A DNA stretch of 64,000 nucleotides from Nitrosopumilus sp. (GTDB lineage: Archaea > Thermoproteota > Nitrososphaeria > Nitrososphaerales > Nitrosopumilaceae), in assembly GCA_965223425.1 (NCBI GenBank), contig OZ245003.1:1-64000 (forward strand), written 5' to 3'. The notes under the pieces were generated by a model. The model ran no database searches and was not told where the DNA came from. It saw nothing but the letters and a program-made list of their open reading frames with translations. Shown piece by piece: positions 11,697 to 22,423 of this stretch. Position 1 is the stretch's first letter. Every line of letters starts with the position of its first letter. The translations under genes were made by a program, and so were the position numbers.

Positions 11697-13259
11697 CTAT
11701 TCGTTAACGTATGCTCTTTCTCCGTGCTGAGCCAAATCGATGCCAATCTCCTCTTCTTTAGGAGTGACTCTGATTCCGCCAGGCCATACGGCATCCATTA
11801 CTTTGAAGATTACAATCGTAACACCAAAGGCATAGCCTACTGATATTGCAGCACCAATGATGCTGATTGCCTGCTGTTCCATTCCTTCTGCAGTACCAGT
11901 CCATGCGCCAATACCGTCTCCGGTATCCCAAACGTGTGGACTAGCTAACGTACCAGTCAAAATTGCACCGGTCAGACCGCCTATTCCATGTACTCCCCAT
12001 ACATCTAGTGCGTCATCCCATTTGCGTGCGCTCTTGAATGCTATAGCTGCATAACAAACTGTACCAGCTGCAATACCGATTATAATCGCAGCCATTGGAC
12101 CTACCCAGCCTGAAGCTGGAGTGATTGCTACCAATCCCGCTACTGCACCTGTTGCGGCTCCTACCACACTTGGTTTTCCTGTATGTGCCCATGACATCAA
12201 GATCCAAGTTACAACAGCCATACCGGTTGCGGTATTTGTAACAGTCCATGCGCTGACGGTAATGCCGTCTACCATTACTTCACTTCCTGCGTTGAAACCA
12301 AACCATCCAAACCAGAGCACTGAAGCTCCGAGAACTACAAATGGAATGTTGTGTGGTTCCATTGGCACTTTGCCATATCCAAGTCTTCTGCCAAGGACTA
12401 GGGCTCCTGCCAATGCAGCGAATCCTGAAGAAATGTGTACTACAGTACCACCAGCAAAGTCTAATGCGTATGATGGAGACAAGTCTGGATCAAGGTCGAT
12501 TGAACCTCCTCCTATGTATCCGCCTCCCCAGACCCAATGTGCTATTGGATCATAAACGAAGGTTCCCCATAGAAGTACGAATATGACAATTGCGCTGAAT
12601 TTGATTCTGTCAATCAAACCACCAATGATAAGTGCTGGTGTAATGATTGCGAAGGTTGCTTGGAACATTGCAAACAATTGGTGAGGTACAGTACCTGGCC
12701 AACCTTGACTACAAAATTCCCCTTCCTTAAACTCGTTCATCTGGTAAGCTGCAGACCATGTGTCGTGACAAGGACCAACTTCACCTAATGGTGCCCAAGC
12801 TGATACCATGTTAAATCCGGCATAATCCAAGTTACCCATGAACATGTTTGCATCAGAATCAATGCCGCCAAATGCTAGCGAGTATCCCCATAGGACCCAT
12901 TGTACTGACATTAGACCCATTACAACTAAGGTCATACCAAGTACATTGACAACATTCTTTGATCTGGCTAATCCGCCATAGAAGAATGCAACGCCAGGAG
13001 TCATGAAGAGTACTAATGATGTTGCAGTTAGCATCCATGCCATATCACCTGTATCTACCATACAAGGTAGCATGCCGCCTTCGCCGTCATCGTACCAACA
13101 TTCGTTAGGATTTCCAGTGTAAATTCCACTGGTTCCTTTGACATATCCATCCATACCATCGTCAACACTTTGTGCATATGCCTGAGACATAGCACCAGTT
13201 GCTGTAATGGTTACTGCGACCACAAGTAATAGAGCATACTTATGGTTCCTAGAATTCAT
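11697..13259 (-). CDS. amt: Ammonium transporter
   Basis: DFAGGTVVHISSG, WFGWFGFNAGS, DDALDVWGVHG. Confidence 0.98.
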   Translation of the reverse strand: MNSRNHKYALLLVVAVTITATGAMSQAYAQSVDDGMDGYVKGTSGIYTGNPNECWYDDGEGGMLPCMVDTGDMAWMLTATSLVLFMTPGVAFFYGGLARSKNVVNVLGMTLVVMGLMSVQWVLWGYSLAFGGIDSDANMFMGNLDYAGFNMVSAWAPLGEVGPCHDTWSAAYQMNEFKEGEFCSQGWPGTVPHQLFAMFQATFAIITPALIIGGLIDRIKFSAIVIFVLLWGTFVYDPIAHWVWGGGYIGGGSIDLDPDLSPSYALDFAGGTVVHISSGFAALAGALVLGRRLGYGKVPMEPHNIPFVVLGASVLWFGWFGFNAGSEVMVDGITVSAWTVTNTATGMAVVTWILMSWAHTGKPSVVGAATGAVAGLVAITPASGWVGPMAAIIIGIAAGTVCYAAIAFKSARKWDDALDVWGVHGIGGLTGAILTGTLASPHVWDTGDGIGAWTGTAEGMEQQAISIIGAAISVGYAFGVTIVIFKVMDAVWPGGIRVTPKEEEIGIDLAQHGERAYVNE

Positions 13260-13374
13260 TAAATTTATCGAAATTGGAACTTATTTAAGGATAAGAGACG
13301 CTAGAATTTGTAAAAAAGTAAATTATTATATTTTAGTATATTCTGATAGTAACATAAAATGTTAAAATTAGGTC

Positions 13375-14055
13375 ATGGAGAAAGCAATGAAAACAAAGCC
13401 AGTTAACAGATTAGCAGTTTTTGATACGTTCAAGACAAAGGGTGACGATTTAACAGGAGAGGCAAACAGGCAAAGATCAATTATCACCATACTTGCCAGC
13501 AATACTAACCCTGCAGAAAGAACAAGAACGGGGATTTCTCAAAGAATAGCAAAAAAACAAGGAGTGTCTTGGAAGAATATCTATTCGGGCATATTCCGCG
13601 ATATGGATGAGATTTTACTTCCTATGGGGATTGTAGGGGAGAATGGAAGATTGCCTCTAAAAAGAGGTCCAAAGGCACTTCAAGAAAAAGGAATTCCATA
13701 CTATCATTTAACCAAAAAAGGTATTCTGATAGCATTATCAATTAGTGAAGTTGAAAATAGAGAAAGTTTGTTTAAAGAATTTTTCTCAGGGTCGGACTCT
13801 GTTGAAAAAGAATTTGAAAAAATTCTCTCTAGTCTTTTAAAGAAAAGCCCCAATTTCACACATTCAATTTTTCAAAAGTATGTCAAGGCTTTTTGTGATA
13901 AAAAAATCGAGGATCTGCTTCCTTTTGATCTGTCAAAACTCAGAGAAATTTCTGACGAGTCATTTGGCATTCAAAAGGAGGTTTTAGAGGCATTTTTAGA
14001 ACTATCAAAACAGGAAAAAGAGGACGCCATAAGATTGCTCAATAAAATAACCTAA
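13375..14055 (+). CDS. Hypothetical protein, probable winged-helix DNA-binding
   Basis: 226 aa; wing-like YYHLTKKG; divergent from amt. Confidence 0.6.
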   Translation: MEKAMKTKPVNRLAVFDTFKTKGDDLTGEANRQRSIITILASNTNPAERTRTGISQRIAKKQGVSWKNIYSGIFRDMDEILLPMGIVGENGRLPLKRGPKALQEKGIPYYHLTKKGILIALSISEVENRESLFKEFFSGSDSVEKEFEKILSSLLKKSPNFTHSIFQKYVKAFCDKKIEDLLPFDLSKLREISDESFGIQKEVLEAFLELSKQEKEDAIRLLNKIT

Positions 14056-14111
14056 TCGCAAACAAGACAACGCCAAACATTAAAATCAGTTATTTATTGA
14101 GAACAGTCAAA

Positions 14112-15143
14112 ATGGGTGGATCTAAAAACGTCTATGCATCTGTCAAATCCTACAGTAAGAGAGGAAAATTACTAAAAAAAGCAGATTTTCAAACTTTGGC
14201 AGAATCAAGAGATCTGGATGAGTTGATAACTAGAATCAAAAATACTGTTTATGGTGAGGCAGTGTCAGACGTAGAAAAACCTTACACGTCTCATGGTATT
14301 GAATCTGCTCTAAGAAGCTCTCTGGCAGATGTTCATTACAGCATAGGAAAGACTGCCGGTGGAGGCATCCTGGATGCATATTATTTGAAATTTATTATCT
14401 CTAACTTGAAACAAATTCTAAAAGGAAAAGTTTTAAGAAAATCCCAAGAAGAGATTGAAGCTCACATTAATCTTCGTGCTGAAGAACTAATCAAACAAAG
14501 AGACATTGTTGTCAAAGCACTTGTTGCAAAAGATCTGGAAGAGGCAGTTGCAAGCCTAAACCAGACAGAATTTGGGGAGGAAATTGCAAAAGCTGCGGCT
14601 TTGTATGCAGACAAGAAAAATCTTCAAATCTTTGATACGTATTTTGATAAAATTTTGTATTCACGTCTTGTAAAGGCACTCAAATCAGGAGATATTGATG
14701 CAAGTAAGCTAGTTGGAATGGACGTTGATTTTTACAATATTCTTAGTGTAATTAGAGGAAAGTTTTGGGGATTAGATGATCAGCAAATTCAGGATTTGGT
14801 TGTAGTTCAGTCTCCGGCTGCAAAAGATTTGCTAGGAAGAATGATGTCAGCTGGGACAATAAGGGATGCATTTAATGAGCTTTCCAATACTAAATACAAA
14901 GATTTGGTTCCTCAGGTTGAAAATGAATTGGATGCCATAGCTGAATTTGAAAGGGCTTTTGAGGTAGCAATCTATCAAGCATCACTAAACTCGTTTACAA
15001 AAATGTTCAGTTTAGCAACAACAGTGGGAATTACAAGGCTGACTGCATACGAAGTAAGAAATCTTGCAGCAATCGCTTACGCAGTTGAACAAAAAATACC
15101 AACAGAAACCACAATGTCAAAACTGATTTTAGAGGCAGAATAA
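14112..15143 (+). CDS. atpC: A-type ATP synthase subunit C (V0D/AC39 family)
   Basis: YASVKS..KRGKLL, NLKQILKGK, YEVRNLAAIA; ATG at 14112 preferred over TTG 14097. Confidence 0.9.
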   Translation: MGGSKNVYASVKSYSKRGKLLKKADFQTLAESRDLDELITRIKNTVYGEAVSDVEKPYTSHGIESALRSSLADVHYSIGKTAGGGILDAYYLKFIISNLKQILKGKVLRKSQEEIEAHINLRAEELIKQRDIVVKALVAKDLEEAVASLNQTEFGEEIAKAAALYADKKNLQIFDTYFDKILYSRLVKALKSGDIDASKLVGMDVDFYNILSVIRGKFWGLDDQQIQDLVVVQSPAAKDLLGRMMSAGTIRDAFNELSNTKYKDLVPQVENELDAIAEFERAFEVAIYQASLNSFTKMFSLATTVGITRLTAYEVRNLAAIAYAVEQKIPTETTMSKLILEAE

Positions 15144-15155
15144 TTGGTATAAAAC

Positions 15156-15386
15156 ATGAGTAAACTCCCACCAGAAAAAACTAAAGCGCCAATTAATGTT
15201 CTAACAAACTGGGTCAGTATTTCTATGGCATTGATTTTTGCTCTGCCATCACTTGGGGTATTTTTAGGAATTTACTATGGAACTGGAAATCTGATTGCAG
15301 GGGCAGTCTTGGGATTTGGAATTCATTTTGTCACGCTCGCATTTTCAGGCAGGATTTCAAAACGCCTAAACAAAATCATGAATTAA
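15156..15386 (+). CDS. Small two-TM hypothetical protein
   Basis: 76 aa, two hydrophobic helices, co-directional with atpC. Confidence 0.7.
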   Translation: MSKLPPEKTKAPINVLTNWVSISMALIFALPSLGVFLGIYYGTGNLIAGAVLGFGIHFVTLAFSGRISKRLNKIMN

Positions 15387-15418
15387 CCTATATTGATCTA
15401 ATTATAAGATGATATACT

Positions 15419-16057
15419 ATGATGGGCGACAGAGATTTTCGAAGTATTATTAAAAATTCAATTGACTCTATAGGAAAAGAGCTAGAAATTGGGATAGATG
15501 CCAAGGATATCCGGACCATTCATCTTAAGGAAGTAACCCAATGTCTAAGACGCTCGTATTTTGATAGAATGGATTCCAGTGAGATTGAGAGGAGAGGATT
15601 CAATGAGCTTCTCTCAGGATTACTAAGGAAATTACAGTATGGAAGCCAGCCAAAGGAATTTGCAATAGAGGATATCAGTCTGAAGGGACAAGCTGACATG
15701 ATAGTTGATGATTCTATTATTTTATTCAGATCAGCGTCTGATAAATTAGAGAATCCTTTGGCTAATGATATTTTATATCTAAATGCATGTATGTGGATAT
15801 ACGACAAAGTTGATGGAATGGTTGTGTACATTACAGGGGATAGAAAAGAAACAAGTTTTTCATTGACACGTGACAAAAAGATGTTTGAAGAGGTTATCAG
15901 AAGGGTAAGAGTACTAAATGATCTTCTTAAGGAACAAAAAACGCCTATCTTAGAACCATCATCAGAATGTTCTGACTGTCAGTATTATGAAAGATGTTTT
16001 GTGAAAAGGAAAAATACCAAGCAGTTGTTTCTATCAAAAATGTTTGATATGGAGTAA
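15419..16057 (+). CDS. Solo Cas4-like Fe-S protein (PD-(D/E)XK fold)
   Basis: N-terminal CLRR plus C-terminal CSDCQYYERC (4 Cys Fe-S ligands); GQAD motif. Confidence 0.75.
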   Translation: MMGDRDFRSIIKNSIDSIGKELEIGIDAKDIRTIHLKEVTQCLRRSYFDRMDSSEIERRGFNELLSGLLRKLQYGSQPKEFAIEDISLKGQADMIVDDSIILFRSASDKLENPLANDILYLNACMWIYDKVDGMVVYITGDRKETSFSLTRDKKMFEEVIRRVRVLNDLLKEQKTPILEPSSECSDCQYYERCFVKRKNTKQLFLSKMFDME

Positions 16058-16105
16058 AGATTAATCTAGAAAAATGAAAAATATGAAAAGGGTTTGTTCC
16101 TTTGT

Positions 16106-16216
16106 TTATTCCAGTGGTTCAGGATGTCCTTTACCACGGAGAGCGAAACACACTACTGCTAGTGCAATTGCAACTCCTATTGCTGAGCCAAATGCGGCCA
16201 TGCCTGCTTCTGCCAT
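16106..16216 (-). CDS. Putative 36-aa single-TM peptide
   Basis: MAEAGMAAFGSAIGVAIALAVVCFALRGKGHPEPLE; TATA-like TTATAA about 25 bp upstream; locally raised GC. Confidence 0.6.
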   Translation of the reverse strand: MAEAGMAAFGSAIGVAIALAVVCFALRGKGHPEPLE

Positions 16217-16314
16217 TTGATAAAAACCCTCTTTACGGGCTTTTATAACTTTGCCAATATTTTTTTTCTAAAAACAAATTATCGTAATTTTAAAATTTTA
16301 TGATACTATTAGGC

Positions 16315-16869
16315 CTATTTGGTAAATTCAAAATGAAGCTCGTTTTCTTGACCACTTGTCATAGAACTAAGATTGTAAAAGACATTGCCGGAAACTCGCC
16401 AAGATGCAGTATCGTTTGTAAGATCATTCCACAATTCAGGAGTATTTCCAGAGTTTTTCAGTGAAATAGTGTCTTTTAGTATAATTGAGTTATCACCAAG
16501 CAGGGTATAGTAATTTGAACCAAATTCCACCATTCCCTCAGGTCTACTTCCAATTTGACCGCCTGAAATTTGTTCAGACTCTGAATAATTTGTTTCAAAT
16601 AATTGATAGTCCATAACTTGAACAATCATTGCGCGGGGATTAGGATTGGTGATCTTAAATGCAATGTTAATTGTAGCTGTTCGTTCTGAAATTTTTTCAA
16701 CAGAAATATCATCTAGTTCAATTTTGAGAGGCTTGGCTTGTGTTGTATCTTGAATTTCAAAAGTGTCATTTTGAGGTGCTATAATCATTGAGGGACCAGT
16801 TAGGAGAATTCCGCCTAATATAGCAACAAGTGCAACAACTGCAATACCAACAAAGATTTTAGGGTTCAT
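16315..16869 (-). CDS. Membrane-anchored LEA_2/WHy-like protein
   Basis: N-terminal TM; FKITNPN..MDYQL pattern; paralogous to 58871..59365. Confidence 0.65.
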   Translation of the reverse strand: MNPKIFVGIAVVALVAILGGILLTGPSMIIAPQNDTFEIQDTTQAKPLKIELDDISVEKISERTATINIAFKITNPNPRAMIVQVMDYQLFETNYSESEQISGGQIGSRPEGMVEFGSNYYTLLGDNSIILKDTISLKNSGNTPELWNDLTNDTASWRVSGNVFYNLSSMTSGQENELHFEFTK

Positions 16870-16941
16870 CAGTTTTGCTTAATCTCCAGACATCTTAAAT
16901 GTTGAGATGGTTATTATATATCATCGGGGACAGGAAAAACC

Positions 16942-17298
16942 ATGCAATATTTTCAAGCAGTGCAAGAGGGAAAGCAAAGAGCAGGCAAGTCGCAGATGAG
17001 AATGTTTGAAGCAGCTGGATTTGGGATGTTAACTTTGACTACCAAAAAAATTGATGGAAAATTTCAACCGGTCGGAGAGGAGGAATTTACTGCAGTAATA
17101 AAGTCCCCAGATGGACATGTAGCAATAATTACTGATAAGGATGGTTTTACAAAAGCACAATCAAAGGCAGTAGAAAAAGAAGAGGCAATATCAATTTTTA
17201 AAAAACTTAGAGAATCAGGAATGGCTGAATATTCAGGAAAAGAGATTCAGATTTGGTCTGAGACAAGACCTACAGTTCAGAATGAAATTTCTGAGTAA
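16942..17298 (+). CDS. Hypothetical protein
   Basis: 118-aa ORF with host codon usage. Confidence 0.7.
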   Translation: MQYFQAVQEGKQRAGKSQMRMFEAAGFGMLTLTTKKIDGKFQPVGEEEFTAVIKSPDGHVAIITDKDGFTKAQSKAVEKEEAISIFKKLRESGMAEYSGKEIQIWSETRPTVQNEISE

Positions 17299-17982
17299 TT
17301 ATTTTGAGGGAAGAATAATTTCTGTGCCTACATTGCCACCCTTAATGGCTTTTTCAATAATTTTTGGAGTGGCCTTGAGAATTCTGGTTTTGATTTTAGA
17401 GCGTTCGATGATTTTTAGAGCAACAATGTCCATCAAGTCATATCCTCCTGCAACAGAATCTTCGTGAACCAGCATATTTTTCAGGTTTTTTAGCTCGATT
17501 CGTTTGAATTTTTTTGCTTTTTTGAATTTGTTTGGATCCATATCATAAACCCCATCAACATCAGTGGCATTAAGAAATTGCTCAGCTTGTACTTTTTCAG
17601 CAATCAATGCGGCAGTACCATTTGTGCTTTGGCCAGGATGCAGTCCTCCTGTTACAACAATTAATCCGTCATCTACTGCATGTCTGACTTCTTGTAAAGT
17701 GGATGGAGGATGTGAATATGCCTTGTTTTTTAGAGCATAGATCAATAATTTTGCGTTAAGTTTGGAAATTTCAATTCCAAGCTCGTCAAGTGTGGATTCA
17801 TCTGCACCAGAGGATCTTGCATGAGAGATATAGTGTCGCGCAATATTACCACCCCCAGCGACAATAATTGGTTGACAAATTTTGCTAATTTTTACCAGAA
17901 ATTCGGCATAGTCTTTGAGGGCTTTCACATTATCAGTGCCAAAAACTCTTCCAGATAATTTGATAACAACTCTCTTTTTCAT
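17299..17982 (-). CDS. pyrH: UMP kinase
   Basis: [29 protein letters not shown]. Confidence 0.96.
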   Translation of the reverse strand: MKKRVVIKLSGRVFGTDNVKALKDYAEFLVKISKICQPIIVAGGGNIARHYISHARSSGADESTLDELGIEISKLNAKLLIYALKNKAYSHPPSTLQEVRHAVDDGLIVVTGGLHPGQSTNGTAALIAEKVQAEQFLNATDVDGVYDMDPNKFKKAKKFKRIELKNLKNMLVHEDSVAGGYDLMDIVALKIIERSKIKTRILKATPKIIEKAIKGGNVGTEIILPSK

Positions 17983-19214
17983 TTTAGATCACCAATAATT
18001 GATTTTGCGGCAATTTCAACTTTTTTTCTGTTCTTTTGATTGGTATAAATTCTAAGAATGTTCATAAATCCAGAAATTGCAGAAACCACAGGTATTTCTG
18101 AGATTGGCATCTCTGTTGCAGAAGATTTTCCATTATCATTTGTAATCAAAACTATTGATTTTGATTCATTTTTGGATGGTGCAAGGGGGATGGATGGTGT
18201 TGCAGAACTGTCAACAAAAATTTCATTTTCATCAACTTTGGATTTTTTAGAAATAGCAGTTCTAAGTTCATCAGTCCGAGTTTTTTTCAGATTAGTCCTG
18301 CTGGTCAAAATTTGCTCATATACGCATTTTAGCAGTTTTCTATTTTGATAATCCAAGGCAAACTTTCTAGCGCGCTTCAGTTTTGAGGACGTGGATGAGA
18401 TCAAATTTGACAAGACGTATTCGTCGGTGAGTTTCACAAATTCATTGATGTTAAAAGTGGTAAAACCAAATTCGTCATCAGATAATCTTAATGCCTCAAT
18501 TAGCATAACCTCCGCTGCCCTTACAGTTTTGTGGAAATATACTGCCTTGAACATTTGATATCTAGAATGCATCATTGATTCAAAAGAGTACAATGCAGAC
18601 CGTTGTAAAGCTAATTTTTTCTGATGTACATCAAGTGACTGTGTTATTCTTTTGTGATCAATTTTTGCATGTTCTGCCCCTGTGAAATATCCATCTCGAA
18701 GCAGATAATCCATCATATCTGCACTAAGTGCACCTGACACAATTTCATTTAGATATTGAAGTTTTGATTCTCCAAATGCAATTTGGGTAATTAGCTTTTT
18801 ATCAAATCCAGTTTTTGATAATATATCACCAATTTCAGATTTTAAAACAAGTTCTTTACCAAAATCTTCGTGTGAAATTTTTTTTTCCTGTATTATTTCC
18901 TCAAAAAGATGTGAAAAGGGTCCATGACCAATGTCATGCAAGAGAGCAGCTAATCTAAGAGTCTCAATGTCATCAGATTTGATGATATCTTTTTCATTTA
19001 ATGCATGGCCTGCTTGACTGGCAATATGCATAACACCTAACGAATGCTCAAATCTTGTGTGTTGAGCTGTAGGGTATGTTAAATGGGCACCAGACAGTTG
19101 TCTAATTCGCCTTAACCTTTGAAAAATGGGATTATCAATTATTGGTAATTCATGTTTATAGACGCGAATAAAATCATGGATTGGATCAATTATATCTAGA
19201 TAATTTTTTTTCAT
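17979..19214 (-). CDS. HD-domain phosphohydrolase (SAMHD1/dNTPase-like)
   Basis: [39 protein letters not shown]. Confidence 0.93.
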   Translation of the reverse strand: MKKNYLDIIDPIHDFIRVYKHELPIIDNPIFQRLRRIRQLSGAHLTYPTAQHTRFEHSLGVMHIASQAGHALNEKDIIKSDDIETLRLAALLHDIGHGPFSHLFEEIIQEKKISHEDFGKELVLKSEIGDILSKTGFDKKLITQIAFGESKLQYLNEIVSGALSADMMDYLLRDGYFTGAEHAKIDHKRITQSLDVHQKKLALQRSALYSFESMMHSRYQMFKAVYFHKTVRAAEVMLIEALRLSDDEFGFTTFNINEFVKLTDEYVLSNLISSTSSKLKRARKFALDYQNRKLLKCVYEQILTSRTNLKKTRTDELRTAISKKSKVDENEIFVDSSATPSIPLAPSKNESKSIVLITNDNGKSSATEMPISEIPVVSAISGFMNILRIYTNQKNRKKVEIAAKSIIGDLK

Positions 19215-19792
19215 AGTCCTGTTTTCTTTGAGAATACTTTCAGAATTTCTTTATGTATTTCTTGTTTAGGTTTTGAGGCGTCAATTATTTTCCAATGTTT
19301 TTTCTTAGCAGTTGTTTGATATAGCTTGGAGATTTTTCTTAAAAATTCTTCATTTTTTTCGAATTTATCTCTACGAGTTTTTTGTCTATGAAATGATTCC
19401 TTTTGTGTGACATCAAGTAAAATCACAAGATCGGCTTTTGGCAGACCGGCATCAAGACTCTCAAGCCATTTTCGCTTCATGCCGTTTGCCAAACCATAAA
19501 CAAGATTAGAATGGTAATAGCGATTCATGATCAGAACCGAGTTCTTCTCTTGTGCAGACAGAATTTCATCAAGTTTTTCCCACCTATTTGCAGCCAAAAG
19601 GCAGTGGATTACCTGAGGGGGGAATTTTCTTTTGCCGTCCAGATATTGTCTAATTTCTTTTCCTATCGGAGTTTTGTAATCAGGAAAATGGAATAGTTTT
19701 GTCTTAATCCTTCTTTTTTTAAGCGCTTTTTCCAATAAAGTTGATTGGGTCAACTTGCCTGCCTGATCTCCGCCCTCAATTACAATTATCAT
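19211..19792 (-). CDS. tmk: Thymidylate kinase
   Basis: IEGGDQAGKLTQ, NRYYHSNLVYG. Confidence 0.95.
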   Translation of the reverse strand: MIIVIEGGDQAGKLTQSTLLEKALKKRRIKTKLFHFPDYKTPIGKEIRQYLDGKRKFPPQVIHCLLAANRWEKLDEILSAQEKNSVLIMNRYYHSNLVYGLANGMKRKWLESLDAGLPKADLVILLDVTQKESFHRQKTRRDKFEKNEEFLRKISKLYQTTAKKKHWKIIDASKPKQEIHKEILKVFSKKTGL

Positions 19793-19951
19793 AAGTTATC
19801 AAAACAGAGAGATTAATTGATTAAAAATCTATCAAGATATAGAACATACTATGTAAATATAACACAAAAAACCGCCATAATTTTTCAAAAAATCAACCCA
19901 TTTCTTGAATTTTTTGCTAACAATCAAAGAGATACATTTTGTCTGTAAAGA

Positions 19952-21248
19952 CAGTAGTTGGGATTGTACCGTTCCAGAACAGCCCACCAATCACCCGGTA
20001 GGCGGCGGCCACCTGGCATACACATATGCTGCAAACACGTGGACTATCCTGTTTAAAACACCGGCAAGTGTCACATGATAGCCCTGTCTGCCCACCGTGC
20101 GACGCAGGCCTATCCAGATATTGTTTAGCACCAGTGATAAAACAAACAAAAGCATCCGTATGAGGGGTTCCTGCTGGCAGTGTGCGGGCGTATGCTCTTT
20201 GCAGACCTGTACCCCGTTTCAATTCCCCACCGTTTTTTGTACTGCTCTGGGATGTGTCTGCTAACGTCCTTTTCATTCCCGTATGGCAGCGATGTTGCAA
20301 ATGCGTGGTACCTGTCAAACATGGTGCCGTCTTTTTTTCGAACGTTGTCTCTGATCAGAACCAGGTTGAACGTGAACTTCTCAGAGCCTGACCGTATGGT
20401 GTACCGGGAGACATCGCCGCGCTTTCCTTGGGCGTGCTGTGTAATGGTACCTTGATGCCGGCATCCTTTTTTGCCGGCATGATAAAATGCCTGTGAAATG
20501 ATCTGACAGTCTGCATCACGTCTGTTGCGTAAAACTCCCTGTCAAAAGATAGAGGTTGATTCCAGTGCAGCTTGGAGCATTTTTCGATGGTTTTACGCAC
20601 AAACTCGCCGTTGAATATGCCCCGGGTAACCGGACTGAAGCACAGGTTGGCCTCCTTGCCGCCCTGCATATCTTGGATGTTATGTATGACTCACCGGTAC
20701 GTTCCTGACTCGTATTTTGACTGTATGAGGTGCCTGAGGTCTGGATTCCTGTCATGGTGCGGAATCTTGTGCTTGTCTATTGCAGCTACTGTCGTTTCAT
20801 TGCTAATGCGTCGCCTCATGCTACGGCATGCCGCATTGACCGTATCATGCATCATCTGGTCGCAGAAACAGCTCATCTTGTCCTGTTTTATGATGCGCAG
20901 CTTTTTGAGCAGCCAGCTGCCAGACGGATGCTGATGCCGGGAGAACCGAGATCACGTGCGCTGTTGGCGTATCCGTTGGAGCTGGCCATGGCTAGGAGGA
21001 GCATGTGCGCTGCATCCTTGAGGCAGTACAGCGTGTTGTGTCTTGTGCCAAAGGCAAGGTTCAGGCGCTGCAACGCAGACTGGAAGGTTTTACACCCCTT
21101 GATATCTTGGTTCTGTTGGTGTGCTTGCCCATCTTTTCTGTACACGTCAAGGTGGGTGAGCATGCCTTGTATTTGGATCTGGTTGATCGTGTTTTGTTCT
21201 TAAAATGATCAGTTTGGCCTAATCTAAAATGTACAATCCCAACTATTG
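19952..21248 (-). mobile_element. ISH3-family (IS4 superfamily) element, transposase frameshifted
   Basis: TIRs CAGTAGTTGGGATTGTAC (19952) and GTACAATCCCAACTATTG (ends 21248); fragments with AIDKH, FDREFY, YKKRWGIETGYR in different frames. Confidence 0.85.
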
Positions 21249-21296
21249 ATTACAAAGATCATTCATAACGTTCCGAGTCTGCACATTCTAATTATG

Positions 21297-21635
21297 TTAG
21301 AAAAAGTATCCTGCAACAAGTCCTGTAATTGAAATTATTGCACTAACAACATAAGGCAAATACTTGTCTTTCCTTGTCTGTAAAGGTAATAATTCGTTGA
21401 TGAACACAACAGAATCTGTAATTTGCGCTTCTAATGTTATTTTTAGTTCTAATGTATTGAAATCATCATCCACTCCTAATTTTTCCCAAAAATACAAAGC
21501 TGCAGAGGAATTTTTTGGTTGAAGTGCTTGATAGTTATGCATTATGGATTGTTGAAAATGAGTTTGAAACAAATTCAGAACATTTTGCAATCCAAAACTG
21601 GTATTAAACATAATCCCTACAGAGATAACTCTCAT
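21297..21635 (-). CDS. Hypothetical protein with C-terminal TM helix (cargo)
   Basis: 112 aa, AT-rich, hydrophobic C-terminus. Confidence 0.55.
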   Translation of the reverse strand: MRVISVGIMFNTSFGLQNVLNLFQTHFQQSIMHNYQALQPKNSSAALYFWEKLGVDDDFNTLELKITLEAQITDSVVFINELLPLQTRKDKYLPYVVSAIISITGLVAGYFF

Positions 21636-21648
21636 GTCAGATGACTAA

Positions 21649-21876
21649 TTATAGCGCTGCTATTTCTATTGATGAAAGAGATTTACCAGCTTTAGTTTCG
21701 ATTTTTTCTTTAATTGTAAAGGCGTCCTCGATAGAAGATAGAAGAATCTTTCCAGTATGATCAAAATGTTTGTTTTTGGCATCAGAAATATCTTTGAATC
21801 CATCCATGAAGGATTTGACATTAGCACAAGATTCTTTTTTATTAGCACAAGTAAATCTAAATTCAAACTCTTGCAT
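21649..21876 (-). CDS. Small hypothetical protein (cargo)
   Basis: 75 aa; 13 bp upstream of 21635 ORF, operon-like. Confidence 0.55.
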   Translation of the reverse strand: MQEFEFRFTCANKKESCANVKSFMDGFKDISDAKNKHFDHTGKILLSSIEDAFTIKEKIETKAGKSLSSIEIAAL

Positions 21877-21975
21877 TTTATCTAGTACTCCCAGATGTTT
21901 CTTTTATACTTTCTTTTTGTAAATATTTAGGCACGTACTTGGTGCATTTTATCTAGTACTCCCAGATGTTTCTTT
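21872..21975. repeat. ~34-bp direct repeat, two copies
   Basis: TGCATTTTATCTAGTACTCCCAGATGTTTCTTTT at ~21872 and ~21943. Confidence 0.85.
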
Positions 21976-22196
21976 TTGTAGCAGAACCGCCAAAGGATGC
22001 ATCAAGTAGATGCATTGCACAGTTCAGGGATTTTTTTGCCATTGTGATTATATTTACCACATTCTTCATTTCCTTTTCGGCCTGTGTGATTGTTTTCTCA
22101 TATCTTGGAAGCCGGAACCAAGAGTTTTTTTACATCGTCTGCATAAATTTCAATCCAGAGAAGATCCATATTCATGTCCCCAATTTGTTACAGAAC

Positions 22197-22423
22197 CCAG
22201 CAAGAACCCCTCCGTACGGATGCTTTTGTTTGTTTTATCACTGGTGCTAAACAACATCTGGATAGGCCTGTGTCGCACGGTGGGCAGGCAGGTATACCAT
22301 GTGACACTTGCCGGTATTTTAAACAGGATAATACACGTGTTTGTAACATCTGTCTATGCTAGGTGGCCGCCGCCTGCCGGGTGATTGGTGGGCTGTTCTG
22401 GAACGGTACAATCCCAACTACTG
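22197..22423 (+). mobile_element. Truncated inverted copy (3' end) of the ISH3 element at 19952
   Basis: Reverse complement of ~19952-20178; ends in GTACAATCCCAACTACTG. Confidence 0.88.

Noticed and set aside
3637-15143. Split ATP synthase cluster (I divergent, C separate, F absent)
   Set aside because: Matches the arrangement I recall as usual for Nitrosopumilus; not novel
15419-16300. CRISPR-Cas locus around the Cas4-like gene
   Set aside because: No repeat-spacer array and no other cas genes; the repeats at 21872 and 34998 have only two copies
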